Assembly (NCBI RefSeq): GCF_964204645.1
Contig: NC_134026.1
Coordinates: 4,363,950 to 4,427,949 of the forward strand
Length of the DNA: 64,000 bases
Direction of reading: 5' to 3'
Source: Tubulanus polymorphus
Lineage: Eukaryota; Animalia; Nemertea
The notes beneath the pieces are model-generated. The model did no database searches and had not been told where the DNA came from. It saw only the letters and a list, made by a program, of their open reading frames with translations. Below, one piece after another: positions 42,016 through 57,297 of this stretch. Position 1 is the stretch's first letter. Every line of letters begins with the position of its first letter. A program made the position numbers and the translations under genes.

Positions 42016-45000
42016 TTGAAGCTTCCTGAGGAATATAAAGGAAGATATACATTAGGCTAAACGCGTGTTTCTTCTTCAAGTTTCAGGGAACTACTTATAT
42101 TCTATCCCTTCTCGATCCCAAGTAATTCGTAAATCACTTTAGCACCAACTGTCAATATTTGCGAAAGGTTGTACATTATGCAAAATAACGTTGTAGATTT
42201 TACTAAATCAATAATTGTCGATTGTTTCCCGTTGTTTGCATTATTCAATATTATATTATGAAGGCAACTCTATCATATCGAATCACATGTCATTTCCAAC
42301 TGCAATAATGCAGTTTCTACACGCTGGAGAATTTTGGAAAAGAAGCAGAAATAGGAACCGATGTTTATACAGTTGCCCTACAACAATATTCTTTTGATAT
42401 AACTCAAGCTACTTTACTAAAACACTGGACGCAGACCCACAGTTGTTGAGTGATAATTGTAAATTCCTAAATTGCCTACAACTAAGGTAAACAAAAATTG
42501 AAACAAAATATACTGAATTTTCAGTATAAGTTTTCGTTTTAAAACTTTCAAACATTGACTATCCCAACGTCAATGCAGGTTTCTGACTTACGTCTCGATG
42601 CGTATTATAATGCGTTTCTTTGCAGTTTATGTCGTCAAGAGCTTTCAGTAATTATAATTTCTATTAACGGGTTAATTCAGGTTAATTCACAAAAGAAGAT
42701 CGGAAAATATACTCAATGTTGTGTAAAAACAAAACGCTGAAATACCGTCCTAGCCAGCTAAAAGGAAATCTCTGGAATCTGCAAAATGCCGCCGTCGCTC
42801 CATCTTAGATTTCACATTATTTACTTAATAAATTCCAGTAATTGAAACTGGTTTTATTCAAAATTGATTTATAAGACAGTTTAGAGTTTTGGATAATCGC
42901 GAACAGAAATAAAACTTTGTTAATTAAATGGTTTATTAGCAGCTGAGGTCGACGCGTCGAACTTACGGCAACTTATCAATTACATTGAAGCTTCCTGTGG
43001 AATATAAAGGAAGATATACATTAGGCTAAACGCGCGTTTCTTCTTCAAGTTTCAGGGAACTACTTATATTCTATCCCTTCTCGATCCCAAGTAATTCGTA
43101 AATCACTTTAGCACCAACTGTCAATATTTGCGAAAGGTTGTACATTATGCAAAATAACGTTGTAGATTTTACTAAATCAATAATTGTCGATTGTTTCCCG
43201 TTGTTTGCATTATTCAATATTATATTATGAAGGCAACTCTATCATATCGAATCACATGTCATTTCCAACTGCAATAATGCAGTTTCTACACGCTGGAGAA
43301 TTTTGGAAAAGAAGCAGAAATAGGAACCGATGTTTATACAGTTGCCCTACAACAATATTCTTTTGATATAACTCAAGCTACTTTACTAAAACACTGGACG
43401 CAGACCCACAGTTGTTGAGTGATAATTGTAAATTCCTAAATTGCCTACAACTAAGGTAAACAAAAATTGAAACAAAATATACTGAATTTTCAGTATAAGT
43501 TTTCGTTTTAAAACTTTCAAACATTGACTATCCCAACGTCTTTGGGACCGGTTCCATTGCACTGAACCGATGGATTTCCCATTCGGAATACTGGACGAGT
43601 TCAGATGAATCAACTTCTTCCACCAGTTCAATACCGCGATAGTGACATTTATTTCATATTTGGTAAAGATAGATAGACTGGCACCATATGCACAGTTTTC
43701 GAATGACACAACAATGGAATCCTTACTGAAACGAGTTCGTGTTAGATAAAATCACCTACGTGAAACATGAAATATTTTTTTTTCGTGTAAGGTATTAGTG
43801 AACTATCGTCGTTAATGTGCAACAATTTTTATGGAAACAAGTATTTCAGCACGCCGTCATTTTCTCGTTTCTTGGTTCGAGTGAGTCACACCAAGTAAAA
43901 ACTATTCCAATTGACATTAATTTATACCATTTAGAATCCTGCGTAGTACAGTTATCATTCGATTATCCGTTTGATATAGTGATTTGCAGTGTCGAATATG
44001 AGGGATGGAAAGCTACTGACAAAGTCTAAAAACGGCTCAACGTCTACTAACATCTTACCATCTGTTTACGATCGACAACTAATTTGCACGATTTATTTCG
44101 AAAAACATATGATATAGAAGTCACTGCTAAATCGACGATATATTTCAAATCTAAACAGGACATTCATACTAGCATGAGAAAGCAATTTAGTATCGGTGTT
44201 CTTAGCGTACGTAGTCTCTCATCGGCTTCCGATTCGACATAAAAGTCTTCAAAAACATATAACGTGTATAATACATACTTGTATCTAATACGCGTATGTA
44301 TACATAGATATCAGATTCCATCGGCGTGAGAAAAAATACGCATTTCATCAATATCAGATGCCCTCCTCCGGTTTCAGAATCATAGATACTTACATATCTG
44401 CCCACAGTTTCCATTCTGTGAAAGCCGCGTATCATCTTAAATATTCGACACAAGAATCATCGTGTATAACATGTATATAATCCGCGGTTATAACTATACG
44501 ACGACAACGACAACGACGACGACGACGAACGGGAACGAAATATGTATAAATATACGAATGATCGTTACAGTACTGTATATCGACAATAGTGGCACGGGGA
44601 GAGGTATTATAATAACTGTGCTGCCGTCGTGCTTCAGTGAGGGGCACTGTAATTCGCTGTAATCTAGTTTATGTAGATTCACTCACCGTATTACGACAAT
44701 AATCGGACGGACGGATTTTCAATGCAATCATGGCTTTGGTCAGGCCGTAATTAAGCCCAATTTTCCCAATCGTTAGATGAATTAGTTATAAGCAAAATGC
44801 TGCAGGTTTCTGACTTACGTCTCGATGCGTATTATAATGCGTTTCTTTGCAGTTTATGTCGTCAAGAGCTTTCAGTAATTATAATTTCTATTAACGGGTT
44901 AATTCACAAAAGAGGATCGGAAAATATACTCAATGTTGTGTAAAAGCAAAACGCTGAAATACCGTCCTAGCCAGCGAAAAGGAAATCTCTGGAATCTGCA

Positions 45001-45202
45001 AAACGCCGCCGCCGCTCCATCTTAGATTACACATTATTTACTTAATAAATTCCAGTAATTGAAACTGGTTTTATTCAAAATTGATTTATAAGACAGTTTA
45101 GAGTTTTGGATAATCGCGAACAGAAATAAAACTTTGTTAATTAAATGGTTTATTAGCAGCTGAGGTCGACGCGTCGAACTTACGGCAACTTATCAATTAC
45201 AT
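42016..45202. repeat. Local duplication A-B-A'-C-B'
   Basis: A 42016-42571 matches A' 42985-43540; B 42574-42984 matches B' 44801-45202; the duplicate 60-aa ORFs at 42215 and 43184 reflect this. Confidence 0.92.
44498..44530. repeat. Short (ACG/ACA)n trinucleotide repeat
   Basis: acgacgacaacgacaacgacgacgacgacg. Confidence 0.85.
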
Positions 45203-48200
45203 CGAGCGCGTTAATCACGATTATTATTCATTAGAAATTACACCCAAACGGGAGATAACTGACTCTGAATTTTTGAAACCTTTGCATACGCCGGATAATT
45301 GAGACAAACATTTTACCGAGAGTCACCGGGGATTTAGTTTACGAAACGAAATTCACGAACGCAATTCGATGATTTAGGTTGTATCATAGACTCTAAAACG
45401 AAGTCCGTGTTTGTATGTTACAAAGAAACGATATCTAAGGCAGTCAAAGTATCAGCAAATAATGCTTCTATCAGAAGCGAGAGGGTACAGGATGACCTCC
45501 TCGTAAGATTATACACTATATTTCGTAATTCGAACATTATCTTAAGACATTCGTCATTCACGGCCTAGACACCTGAAAATAAGGAGTAGTATTCCACTCG
45601 GAATGTTGAGAAGTTACTCCCATGTATGATATGTACATACACCATCTACTTTCTATGGACGAAATATGAATATAAGAACTCATTCGTCTTATCTCTTACC
45701 TGTAGTACACGACGATGAAACTGGTATATACAACGGGGAAAAATGTACAAAGATGTAAACATATTCAAACACGTAGAGACGATTAAAAGGTATTTCAAAC
45801 AACAGCTATCATAAGACATCTATTTCACGAGGCAGAGTTAAGTATTAGAAATAATTCGGTTAGCGATCAAACATATATAGTCACGCTTATCTTGATTATT
45901 TGTTAACAAAATATATAACTCATAAAATTAAACACGTTAACGAAATATAATTAGATCGTGGGAAGGGTCTGTGTGTGTTTGCGTGTATGTATATATGTGT
46001 TAGATGGTGAGGGTATAACACATCGAGTATATAAATATATTCAAAATACAAATGCCGACATTTTAATGAGGTTGATTTCAGATGCGTGTTAAAACTGTTT
46101 ACGGGGAATGTAAAACATGCAACATGCTGCAAGTCGTGACCTCGACAATCCGGAACGCTTGGCTGACTATAAGGCGGTTGGGGGTTTCGTAGAAGGAGAC
46201 TATCAGCGGCGGTATTAGAGCGGATGCGATTCGTTAAAGGCTGGCTCCTTTTTTTTCGAAGTTCGAGGGTAACGTAACATTTTTGTGAAGAAAAGCGTAA
46301 ACGTATATTATGATATAATAAATAACCTAGGAAAGCGATTCGAATCGTAATTACTTACGGGACGTGTCGTCCAGCAGATGCTTTGAGAAATTCAGCAATT
46401 TCTCAAGCTGCGCACATCCGGGACATGGGAGATACATGCTTACAGAGGGTCGTATAGCCTAAAATATACTGCGAAACGTTGTTTCTTGTAGTTTCTTTAA
46501 TAATCGTCCGACTGTTGTGATATGATTAATAGTGAACAGTGGAAGAGGTATTTTAGGCAAAAACCACCCACTTAACGCTTAACGCATCAGAATAATATAT
46601 TACATAAGTTTCATAACCGTACACCACGAGAGTGAAAACAAACTTGCTTTAAAAACGATTATTAACAAATATTTAATTGTCTTACATTTTATTGACTAGG
46701 CAATTCCAATGTTTCTCGTGATTCCTGAACGATCATTGTGCGGTGGTACTTGCAATCTGCAAAGAAAAAAGTACAAAACCTTTTAGGTGAGTTAAAACGA
46801 TTGTAAATGTCGGAGTTTAATTTAAGCTCTATTGATTTTAGGTTTTGCGAAGAAAACCGAAATCTAAACCAACCGAGATACAGCCACACAGTAAAAAGAA
46901 ATAACGGAAGATTGCGAAATGGTAGAAATATTTTTTTTTTCAGTCCAATATCCCGCGATGTTTTTAACGGTGTAAAGCGATTCAAGGCTTGTTGTGCTCT
47001 AAAATCCCAAGGAAGCATTGCAGAAATAGATTTTTCTGCGTTCGCGTTGATAACTAATCATTGTACCAAGAAACGTCTTACGCAAGATAGCTAATACTCG
47101 CAAAAAGGTTTCTTTTCTGCAGAGCGATATAGGTCGGCTTACGGAAACTGTCGTATTTTCGCATTTTCGTAGATGCTTTACACGTGAAATTACCGAAGTC
47201 GAGAGAATATGTGGAAGGTACAGGTGTGAATTGAGAGCTCGAGAAAACAAAAAATCCTTTCACCACTAATCACAACAAAACAACACTGAACGAACGGGCT
47301 ATATTAAAAAGGCTAACGATAAAGCATTCTTGATATACATTGATATGAAGCCGGTGTAAAAATAGAAACCGGCGCTGATGTGAGCAAGATAGGATGGAAA
47401 ACCTGAAATCGTTTGGTAGGCATATTGTACAGGAACATAGAGTACGGCGCATAATAAATATCGATAGCTAACATATGGGTGAATCTGTAAAATGGAAACG
47501 CTCAACCCAGTAATACTGTGTCGAGGGTTTCCAGTTTACACCCATATGTTTAGAATTGATGATAGCCGTATATATATAAACGCCCAAATTCTATCCGGGT
47601 TTTCATTCGAGAAAGGAAAGAATAAAATCTATAACGAATAGGCGTTTATAGGAGACAAGATAGTGTGACAGCGATACCGGTATATCGTACATAATACATT
47701 TACTGGAATCTAAGTCGACTTGTTAGCTTTCGCGAACCGTTCTTAAAAAGATTACGGCTAGAATATGATAAAGAATATCTAATTTCATCGATCGACAGAT
47801 GGAAGGCATGCGTTGTGTGATGTATGTCAAGGCCAATAACTGGGGCACGAAAGCAACACATTTCAATTCCAATATGGCGGGGCCATTTTCTTCGAAACAT
47901 TCTACCTTATTTGCACTTTTGTACTCTTACGTTCGTGTCGGTTTTGACTGCGATAGATCCACCGATGTGTCACCTCTACTGACTATGATGTTTATTCTAC
48001 CCCGAGGCGAATATCATATCAGTGAAATCGATTGGTCTATTGAGAAAATTCGCTTTTGGACAAACGAGGTTAGCGATTGTCTTAACCCGCGGAGGTCTGT
48101 CTTAATAGCGAATGTCGATCGCGACCGAGAGTGACGTCCTCGAATAGTTATATAGTAATGATAGGGTCGCGTTGTTGCTATCATTGTATTCATTATATCG

Positions 48201-50786
48201 TTACTCGGACATGCGATGCGAGAATTAATAAACGAGCGGTCAACGAACAGCTCGAATGTTCACGCCGAGGATTGGGTTATACCAGGCGACTTCATTTCAA
48301 GATTGCGATCAAAAACATCTGGCTTATAGAAACAGAAACAAAAACATAACCGCACATACGAATCGATCGTGCATTGAACGGAGATTAATCCTTGATCGGC
48401 ATTTTCATTCGTTGATGAATTTTATTCGCCTGATATAGAATTTAGATGAATAACCTCCACATTTCTATACGCATACACATCTAACCGTCACGTAAATGGG
48501 TACGCCGCAGTGCTACTGTGGCAATTGAGGATTACACGTATGGCAGGCGAGGATCCGAAAGGTTCGCTAGCAGACGTGGTCGTCCGCGTTCGGCTTTTTC
48601 ATACGTTTCAATCAAATCTGAATGAATTCATCATACCGATATCCGAGTAAAAGAATGAAAGTATTGTATATTTGGTGGGTGCTGTGATGATATAATCGGT
48701 ATTCGGGAGTCTGAAATTCTAGTTCAATGTTCATTGGAAACAACTTTTGACAACGATCAACCTAATGATCATCCCACCATCTGTAGGGATAGCTGGTTTT
48801 TTGGGTTTCCCATTGCAACCAACGGAAAAATTATTGACCTGATTTCCACGGAAAGAAAAGAAAAACCAAAAATATGTTCCAACGCGTAAGGATATATATG
48901 ATTTTCAATCCATCAAATCGCAGTTAAATGATTATATTCAACATTCGATATTTATGCAAATTGCAAAAAGCAGTCATTACCATTAATCAATACCACAAAG
49001 GCATCCGTCAGACCAGCTGAAAATATTATGTACTCCCAAACTACGTACATATTGGATAGTATAATAAACATTTGGAATTAATGAATTTTAATGCTCTTTC
49101 GGAAATAAACAGAGAACATTCAGTCAGTTCATACATCACGTATAATTTGATTATAAGAACAACGAGATGAGATAACAAAATGCCAGTGAAAGTACATATC
49201 GCATGATTTCCCAAAATACTCGCTTTACGTTCAATGTTTGAATGAAACGTTTCGCGAAACAACTGCTGGCCGGCTTAATATCTATCGTCGACAATCGTAA
49301 GAGCAGCAATAAACGATTTTTTAATAACGAAGCAAAGTAAAATAGTAATGAAATCCATGTGACAGCTGGTCGCTGGTAACATCGTATGACATATGGATTT
49401 ATCGCTAAAACTCATATTCTATTTCTAGGAATCAAAGGGACGCGTGTTTTATTACATTCAATGTGTCCACGTTTGAAACTGTTTGATCGAAATATTCGTT
49501 CAATTTCCTGCAAGACCTGTGTATCAATAACAAGCCATAAACCAATTCGCAGAGAACGTACTTACAGTCCTGCACGATACGTGACCAGTTGCCATCATAG
49601 AGCCTTTCGACGTTGTAATTGTATTTGAGCAAACGTTAATTTTGATTCGATCGAGCACCGCATCATAGAAAATCACAGCAGCAGATCCTTTGTAATGATT
49701 ATTCGCTAATATTGAAATCCCAAAACCTATTGAAACGAATCTCGCCAGTAGAGCTACTTACTTACCTGCTGTTTTAAGAAGAGCCAGCCCTATGCGCCTT
49801 ACACAAAGCCGTTGGACTTTAAATATAAGGCAGCGCGTACGTGATTGCAAATTAGGATATGCCGTAATATTCACAACGGAAAACATAAAGTTACAAGATA
49901 AGATTAAACGCTTGTTTTATAGATAGATATTTGGTTTATCAGTTTTTTAGTCGATTATTATATTCTTTGACCTTTGAATTTCGTACTGCGCGTCATTATC
50001 TAAGCCGCTTTGTCTTGTACAGAGAACATGTCTGAAAAACATTTGCAAACTTCTAATTAGTTCCATTCGCCGCCAGTACGTTATAGCATCACAGGTCTTT
50101 GCCGGCGCATTATTTTGTCGTCGTCAAATGCCGATCGATGTCGCAGTATGCGTACGAAACGTCGAAACGAAGCTAGTCAAGTCGAATTCGAAGATTTCCA
50201 TGTAAAATGTAGACACAACGCAAAAGTCATACGCGCAACATTCGATAGAAGCTAATTTTAGATGGAAAATGTCAAGTTATATTTGCATTGCAAAAAATAT
50301 GTAAAGCACCAATCAATACAGTGCACGACTTCGGTTCCTGCGTCCATCCTAGTTGTTGGTGTTCCGTTCACCGGGCTTGTCAACGTATTTATTAGTACCC
50401 CTTAAAGTCGCCGGACACCGCGAATAAACAATGAATCGGAGTAGCTGTTCGCGAGAAATTGTGATGGCAAATTCTACTGTCGCGGGTATAATAATGTCAA
50501 TATAAGTATACGATTTCACGACGTATCAAGCAAATAGGGTCTCAAATCTGATTATCGGAAAATCGAATGTGCATTCGAGAATAGATATACAGATTTTGCC
50601 AATTGCCGATATGTATTTCACTGACGTCTTGGCCAGTTATGTAACTTCATGGCCAATTGTATGACTTAGAGAAAGTTAAATAATATGTGTCACTAGAATC
50701 TGACAGATGCTACATGTATTATGTATATGTATGTATAGTATACTATGTATATTGTATAAATAAAGAGCGAAGCAGAGATAGAGAGT

Positions 50787-50975
<189 letters not shown>

Positions 50976-53900
50976 GGGTAAAGCCAATAGAAATATCTAA
51001 TATACCCGTCACGATCAATATCATCATATTTTTTAAACGCTACACATGAGAACCGAGCTGATGGCGTGAATAAAAAATCATTTCAATTCAAAATCGCGAA
51101 AACCTGGCATGATCGATGACGTCATGTCCGAATATCTGCATGAATTCTCCGACGATCCGACCGGACGTTCAACGGAAAATACAGGCAGTTCAAAATCGAA
51201 CACTGAACAACCTATTGCAGTCAACGGGCTTGTAAGTGTCGTTTGGCTACCTGAGCAAGACTCAGATGAATTCAGATCTTTTACGATCGCTTAGTTAGCA
51301 TTGTACGGTATGTAGCGACTGCATGATTGCATGTAATGAAAAAAAAACATGCAGAGCAAATGAAAATATCAATATACGACATAAGATCACATTTCAGCAT
51401 ATACCCACTGTGCTTCGGATCCACTTAACACTGCCTATATCATTCATAATTCAGCTGTCCTAGGGAATACGTTTGCCGGTTTTACAACGCTCGACTCAAA
51501 TCAACTTGAAATTGTAACGACGTATACGCGTTCATATATTACAGATATGTACATAAAACCGAGACACCTCCTCGGTACTCCACACAATATAATCTGATTA
51601 TCCCAAAAAAGAAACGACGAAGACGCGGCCGCTTTCTGCGATCGGGCCTTTGATCTGATGCCTTCCGTTTACCGTGAATAACTACGCTTGATACCGACGA
51701 AAAAGAGAACACGAAAGCCGCTTTTAGAGAAGTAGCATCTTAAGAAACCAATCCACTTCTCGTATTGTTATTAAGGCCCGTAAGAGTGTGATGGTGGTTT
51801 TTTGTAATTAAAGAAACTTATTGCGTATTCGCCGAGAACAAACAGAAAGTTCACATTTCGGCTTCAAAACGCGTCGTGAAAGCACCCGGCACTCGATTTA
51901 TTTGATATACTGAACGAAGCAGTAGCACCGAACGTTACTCGAGTCGCGAAACATTTGTTTTAAGATTTTTTTTATGACAAATATACAGTTCTCGTTCGAA
52001 AAATTGACAATTGGTATTTACCTTGGTATTTTCACACATGGCTACATCTGAATCAACGATATTTGCCTGACGACGTACCTCTCGACTTTTGACAGTAGCA
52101 TTGTTAATATCTACAGACATTATTTCTTTCAGAAGTCTACGTCAACATCCACATGACATTAATCTAAAAATCATAGCTATCAACAACTGCTATCCATTAG
52201 TGCGTCATTTTGTTTTTCTATTTGCTTTACAATTTACTTATAATGCGCATGCAACAATATATCAATTCCAGCGTAATTTCGTAGAAAAACTTAAAACGAC
52301 AGTAAATGCGGTGATCAATCGGGTTTTTTAAAGTACAATAGGCTTGACCTAGTTCCAGAGTGAGCGGGGTGTTTGCTGACATCTTAAGAATAACAATAAA
52401 ACAGTAGCTTTAGTGAACAAGCAAAGAATTTCTCACCGAAAACCAGCACTTATATATCTAGTGTCCTTCAGTGGAAGGTTTTCTTTTTCATTTGTTGCGT
52501 AAAATGGTAATCAAGGTGTAAATAAGCAACATGTGGAGTCTGCAGCATTCACAAAATACCGTGCGTAATATTTCGATCTGTCTCAGTAAACAGTTTTCTC
52601 GGTCATAAAAATGTGCCAGTTAATGAACTGATAATTTGACAACAAACTATTTGCCTGCGTGCATTAATATAACGGAACCCGAACAAGTCATACGATACGA
52701 ACATTTCTGAAGTACTAGGTAAACCTAGTTAACCCGTTTTTACACGAATATTATATATATAATAAACTATACGCAGCATCAAGGAAGGGGGGAATACATA
52801 ACGTACAATTCCATTGTAAATGATGCAGATACAAGGCCAGATGCTATTTTTGGAATAGTGTGCGGTATCAAAGGAGAGATATGTAATAAGTGCGAATTTG
52901 AAACTTCGCTTCAAGATTTGGGTAGGAGGCGTATACGCAACGAAGTAGATTGTTGACGAAGGCCTTCTTGGTCATCTTTAACTGGATATATAAGCGAAGA
53001 AAAATGTATTTATGTATAGAAATTTAAAGGCGTTTTAATAGTTGTGACTTTAGAGGTTTTTATTGAAAATGATAATAAGATTTCAGCCCCAGTCAAGTTT
53101 CAATCCGCACTTTTTTGGTACAGAATCGTGAATTTAGCATTTTGAATTAACTCCAGGCGTGAGCATTCTCGTATCGGAATTGAAATCCAAAAGCGTCATA
53201 TCAAGAATAGATACGCCGCGGTGCACGCTAAACTCACACATGAAAAAAATCGGCATAACTCTTAAATTAAATTAAAAAGATATCTATGTATAAAACGTTT
53301 AACCCAGATATTCAGTTTGTTGAACATACCGACTATCATTTAGCTACCTTTGCTAGTATTGTTATCATGGCAAATGCCATACGGATGAAATTACAGTGAC
53401 ACGCTACCGGATAATTTGGAACTTTTTGGAAGTTTGTTTGGTTCTTCCATTTTTTCGTAGTTCCCATGTACAAGCGGTGAACTGGGATTTGAGAGCTGCA
53501 GCGAGCTTATGTTATAAGAAGAACGCGACAAAGGTCTTACCATCATCAACTGTGAAAGCAAGCATCACATACATAGTCATAATTGTCAACTGACCCAAAA
53601 TACGAGCTTCAACCTCATATGCATGCGAAACATGTTATTCAGTCATAAGTATCGATAGAATGCTTAGATTTGATAATGTACCGATAACCACTTCGCGAAA
53701 TCAAATGAGGCCATCATATTGCAACAACGACAAACAACTAGGTCACTAGAGTGACACAATATCGTAGAATCTCTTGACATATACTCAGATTTAAGCAGAG
53801 CATTACTAGTCCCAAAAAAGTTATAAATGTTTCGCATACGACACTGAATCCTAAGCGATCCACGTGCGTTTCCAATGTTCAAATATCGTTACGAACGCTG

Positions 53901-54710
53901 TAACGGCCGGGACAGCTGTAGCACCTGGTCTCATATACTCGTGCATACGAATGCATTGTAATACAACGATACAGATATAAAGCTAACTTAACGACCTTAA
54001 CACACAAAAAGTGAAACAATTTATTAGGATCAATGCATATGCAGGCAGCTATAATTTCAATATGCACCTGGAGTGGTCAACGCGGAACGCGCCTCCTCGA
54101 TATTCTGATCATTGATAGCCCCCTAGTTATTCTTCGTAGCCGTTTTACTCGGCATTGCTGCACTCCTAACAAATATTCCGTTTAGCTACGAGAAGGATTG
54201 GTTTAAGTAATAGGTTTCACCATCTCTGTTTCGGGCATCACTTCATCAGAAACGTATTAGCGAACAACGCCTGACGCTTTATCTCACACCGAGGTTAACT
54301 TCCCGGCTGGCATTGCAAATGCCAATGATAATTACCAATTGTTAATGAGGTGCGTTTGATAAACTTCTCCCGCAACGGTACATTTTCAAAGATTTGAACT
54401 CCTTTGCCTGATACAAAGAGCGAATAAGCGTCTTTTATAGACTAGAACTATGACATAAACGTGTTTGAGGAGGGCGCATTTCGGTCGGTCAGAATTTCAA
54501 GTTATAAAGGGCCACCGGATCATGGCCGAGCTATAGTACATACAGATTCGTAGGTGTCATTGGTAATCTGAAATGCAATTAGTTCGTAAATGAGGTGCTT
54601 TGGAGAGGCTTTTGCTCTAATTTCGTGGACTGGCTATCGGCACTGGGAATGTTAATCGGCAATTATCGAAATCAAATGTACGAATCGATTTACAGTACGA
54701 TACCCTGGAT

Positions 54711-54819
54711 CCAGTTCCACAGTAGTTAGTAAGAATCAACTGTGAGTTAAGATTAAAGAAAGTACATTTTCAATGGGTTAAATCAGAGTCAAATCTTTGA
54801 TTCAGAACTGTGGAACTGG
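54711..54819. mobile_element. Small MITE-like element with perfect 13-bp terminal inverted repeats
   Basis: ccagttccacagt (54711-54723) and actgtggaactgg (54807-54819) enclose an AT-rich non-coding spacer. Confidence 0.6.
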
Positions 54820-57149
54820 GCGTCGTCATTCGGGTATTAACGTGAAAAGCACAGGCGTCACGCGTCCCGTTAGTCATGACATTGGTCATGCAGAGGGGTG
54901 GATCCAGGGGCAGACTTTGACAGGAGCACAAAGATTAAAACAGGCATATATACTGATAAAGGGTGAATAAAGTATCCATGCAGCCAAAACAAGGGTTTGG
55001 AACATTTTGAAATTTCAGTGAATTTTCATACAATTTCTAGGCACTTGAGGGACATTAGAGTATTCAATCTAGATCTCATTCTACGGACTGCTGTTGAATT
55101 ATTTCGGGTGGAAAATGTGCCCTGAAAAAAATTGCCATTGTATCTTCAAAGGGCACGGAAGAATTGAAACGGGAGCGCGTGATCCCGCGCTCTTGACTCC
55201 CCACGTTGGTCATCCTGCAAGGACTTCTGCGTTCGTTGTCGGATTACGCTATTCAATCCACCCAGGTCACCTACTTGGTTCCCATTCCAATATCCCAATG
55301 CAATCAAATGAAATCGAAAAAAAATGTTATCAAATAGCGCACGACAAATAAATATCACAGTTTGTGTAACGTGTCCTCGTGTAGTCTGCGTCAATTAGAA
55401 TCTGCTACACCTGCTGAGACGTTTATATCCAGTTCATCGCTTTGTGGCCGTTTATACATTAATCCTTATTTAACACGAAAGCAAGCAATATACGCTTCAA
55501 AAGTAATTCATTAGACCCGGCGGAGTGTTACGTCGACGAATGAGAAATGAGGCCAATTATCAGAATTGATGTTTACATAGTTTTTTTCGGCCCTTATCGC
55601 TTCATCCTCTTCAGGTCCAGTATGAAATCGAATAAACCTAATTGGGCCACTAGTTAGTTTCCCTATGCGTGTCAGCGACAGTGGTTTGGGAATACCGAGA
55701 CCACCACGAGCTGATGATGATAATAACACCAGTTGAAATTACATTAGGTGTGAAGACAATACTGTCTGAAAATATATAGAATTCGCGGAGGTAGGCGGAA
55801 ATCTGAGCTCCCCGTACATGCGCGGCTGAGATAAAGATAAGACGCTTATCTTTTGAAGTCAGGATTACGGATGATCTTCGAAAGTAAAGGTCCTTATTAT
55901 GCGCGACCCAAATATGTTTTTGTTCTTCCAGCTCGCTGTGAATTTCTAAGCCGATCTCACGATTATAGATATCTCGAAAGATTTACGTTTTTTAATCGGC
56001 CGATCATATCGATGGGCGTTTGTCATTGGTTTCTAATTTTTCAAATTATTAATTGATAAAACATATCGTGGCGAAGTGCTTCGCTAAGTCGCAATATCAA
56101 TTCATGGATAATCTGTGTGCATTGTGAATGTGAAGAGTAGCTTTATTAACGACTTGTTATAGCAATAAAATACTAATAAATTCTATCACCCGCAAGTGTG
56201 TTATATTTTCAACACGCAACACACCGAATAGTCACGACAAATAATATGTTTATGGTGTGGTAACATCGCCTGATAACTGTGACATATTCTTCTGAAACAG
56301 ATGGTATCCCATACCAGACCAGAAAAAAATACTCATTAGTTTTACCGGACTCGTCTGTAAGCACATTTGTTCGTTAGCTTCGTTTTGCTGTTAGCTTTGC
56401 GAGACGCGACAGATGAGGTTAAAAACCAGATACCTTTTTCATACACACCTACACCATTCTGCCTACGAAGGTAACTGAAATTATGACTCTTCAAATCGAT
56501 TCCACGGGAAAATCTTCTGTAATTTTTTCTGCCGAAAAGAAGTTCATCCCGTCAACGGTCCAATATCGCGCCCGATCTCAATCGGAAATATCAGTTGGTT
56601 CGTTCGGCCTCTCGCCGCTCTTAATCTAATTGGATTCTTCGAATTTCTCGTCGCGTCATATTATATTAAGATATGTGAGTAACCGACGACGAAATCTTCG
56701 CGGGCTTCGACGGATGCCTCGCCGTCGTCGATCACGTTTTTAAAGCGTTCAGTCGGGTGTTTGCAACGTTCGGGCATCAAATATCCAATAATCCGGCAAA
56801 TATTTCAATTGTTAATGTAAACAATACTCGAGCAAGCTGGAAACGATTGAAAGATGCCCGGATATGACGTGAACATTGATTATGCCAGTATAACGCGTGT
56901 GGGCTGTGTGAATATCAATCGCCGAGGAATTCCTGACTTCAACGCTAAAATCGAAAAAGTCAGACAGATGCGGGAGACGTTCAATTTCGATCGATGGAAG
57001 CTTCTTCGTATGATAAATTCTTCAAAAATAATCGTGACGCAATTTCGATGTTCTGCCCAACGCCACGACGCGAGGAAACACGAAAACATGAGGCAGAAAA
57101 ATGTTTCTGAGCGTTTCCCTAAGTCGTGTACCTTTACGAGAAACACGAG

Positions 57150-57297
57150 AAACAACGTTTCCGAGCTCAGACATGTTTGCTTCCGTATTTCTGTTTCCGT
57201 GCTTCGTGTGCATTTGGGAGCAACGAGAAACGAAAGATATGGTTTCTGGGAAAACAATGTTTCCGAGATCAGACATGTTTAATTTCGTATTTCTGTG
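57150..57297. repeat. Imperfect ~45-bp direct repeat pair
   Basis: aaacaacgtttccgagctcagacatgttt..cgtatttctg and aaacaatgtttccgagatcagacatgttt..cgtatttctg. Confidence 0.6.
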
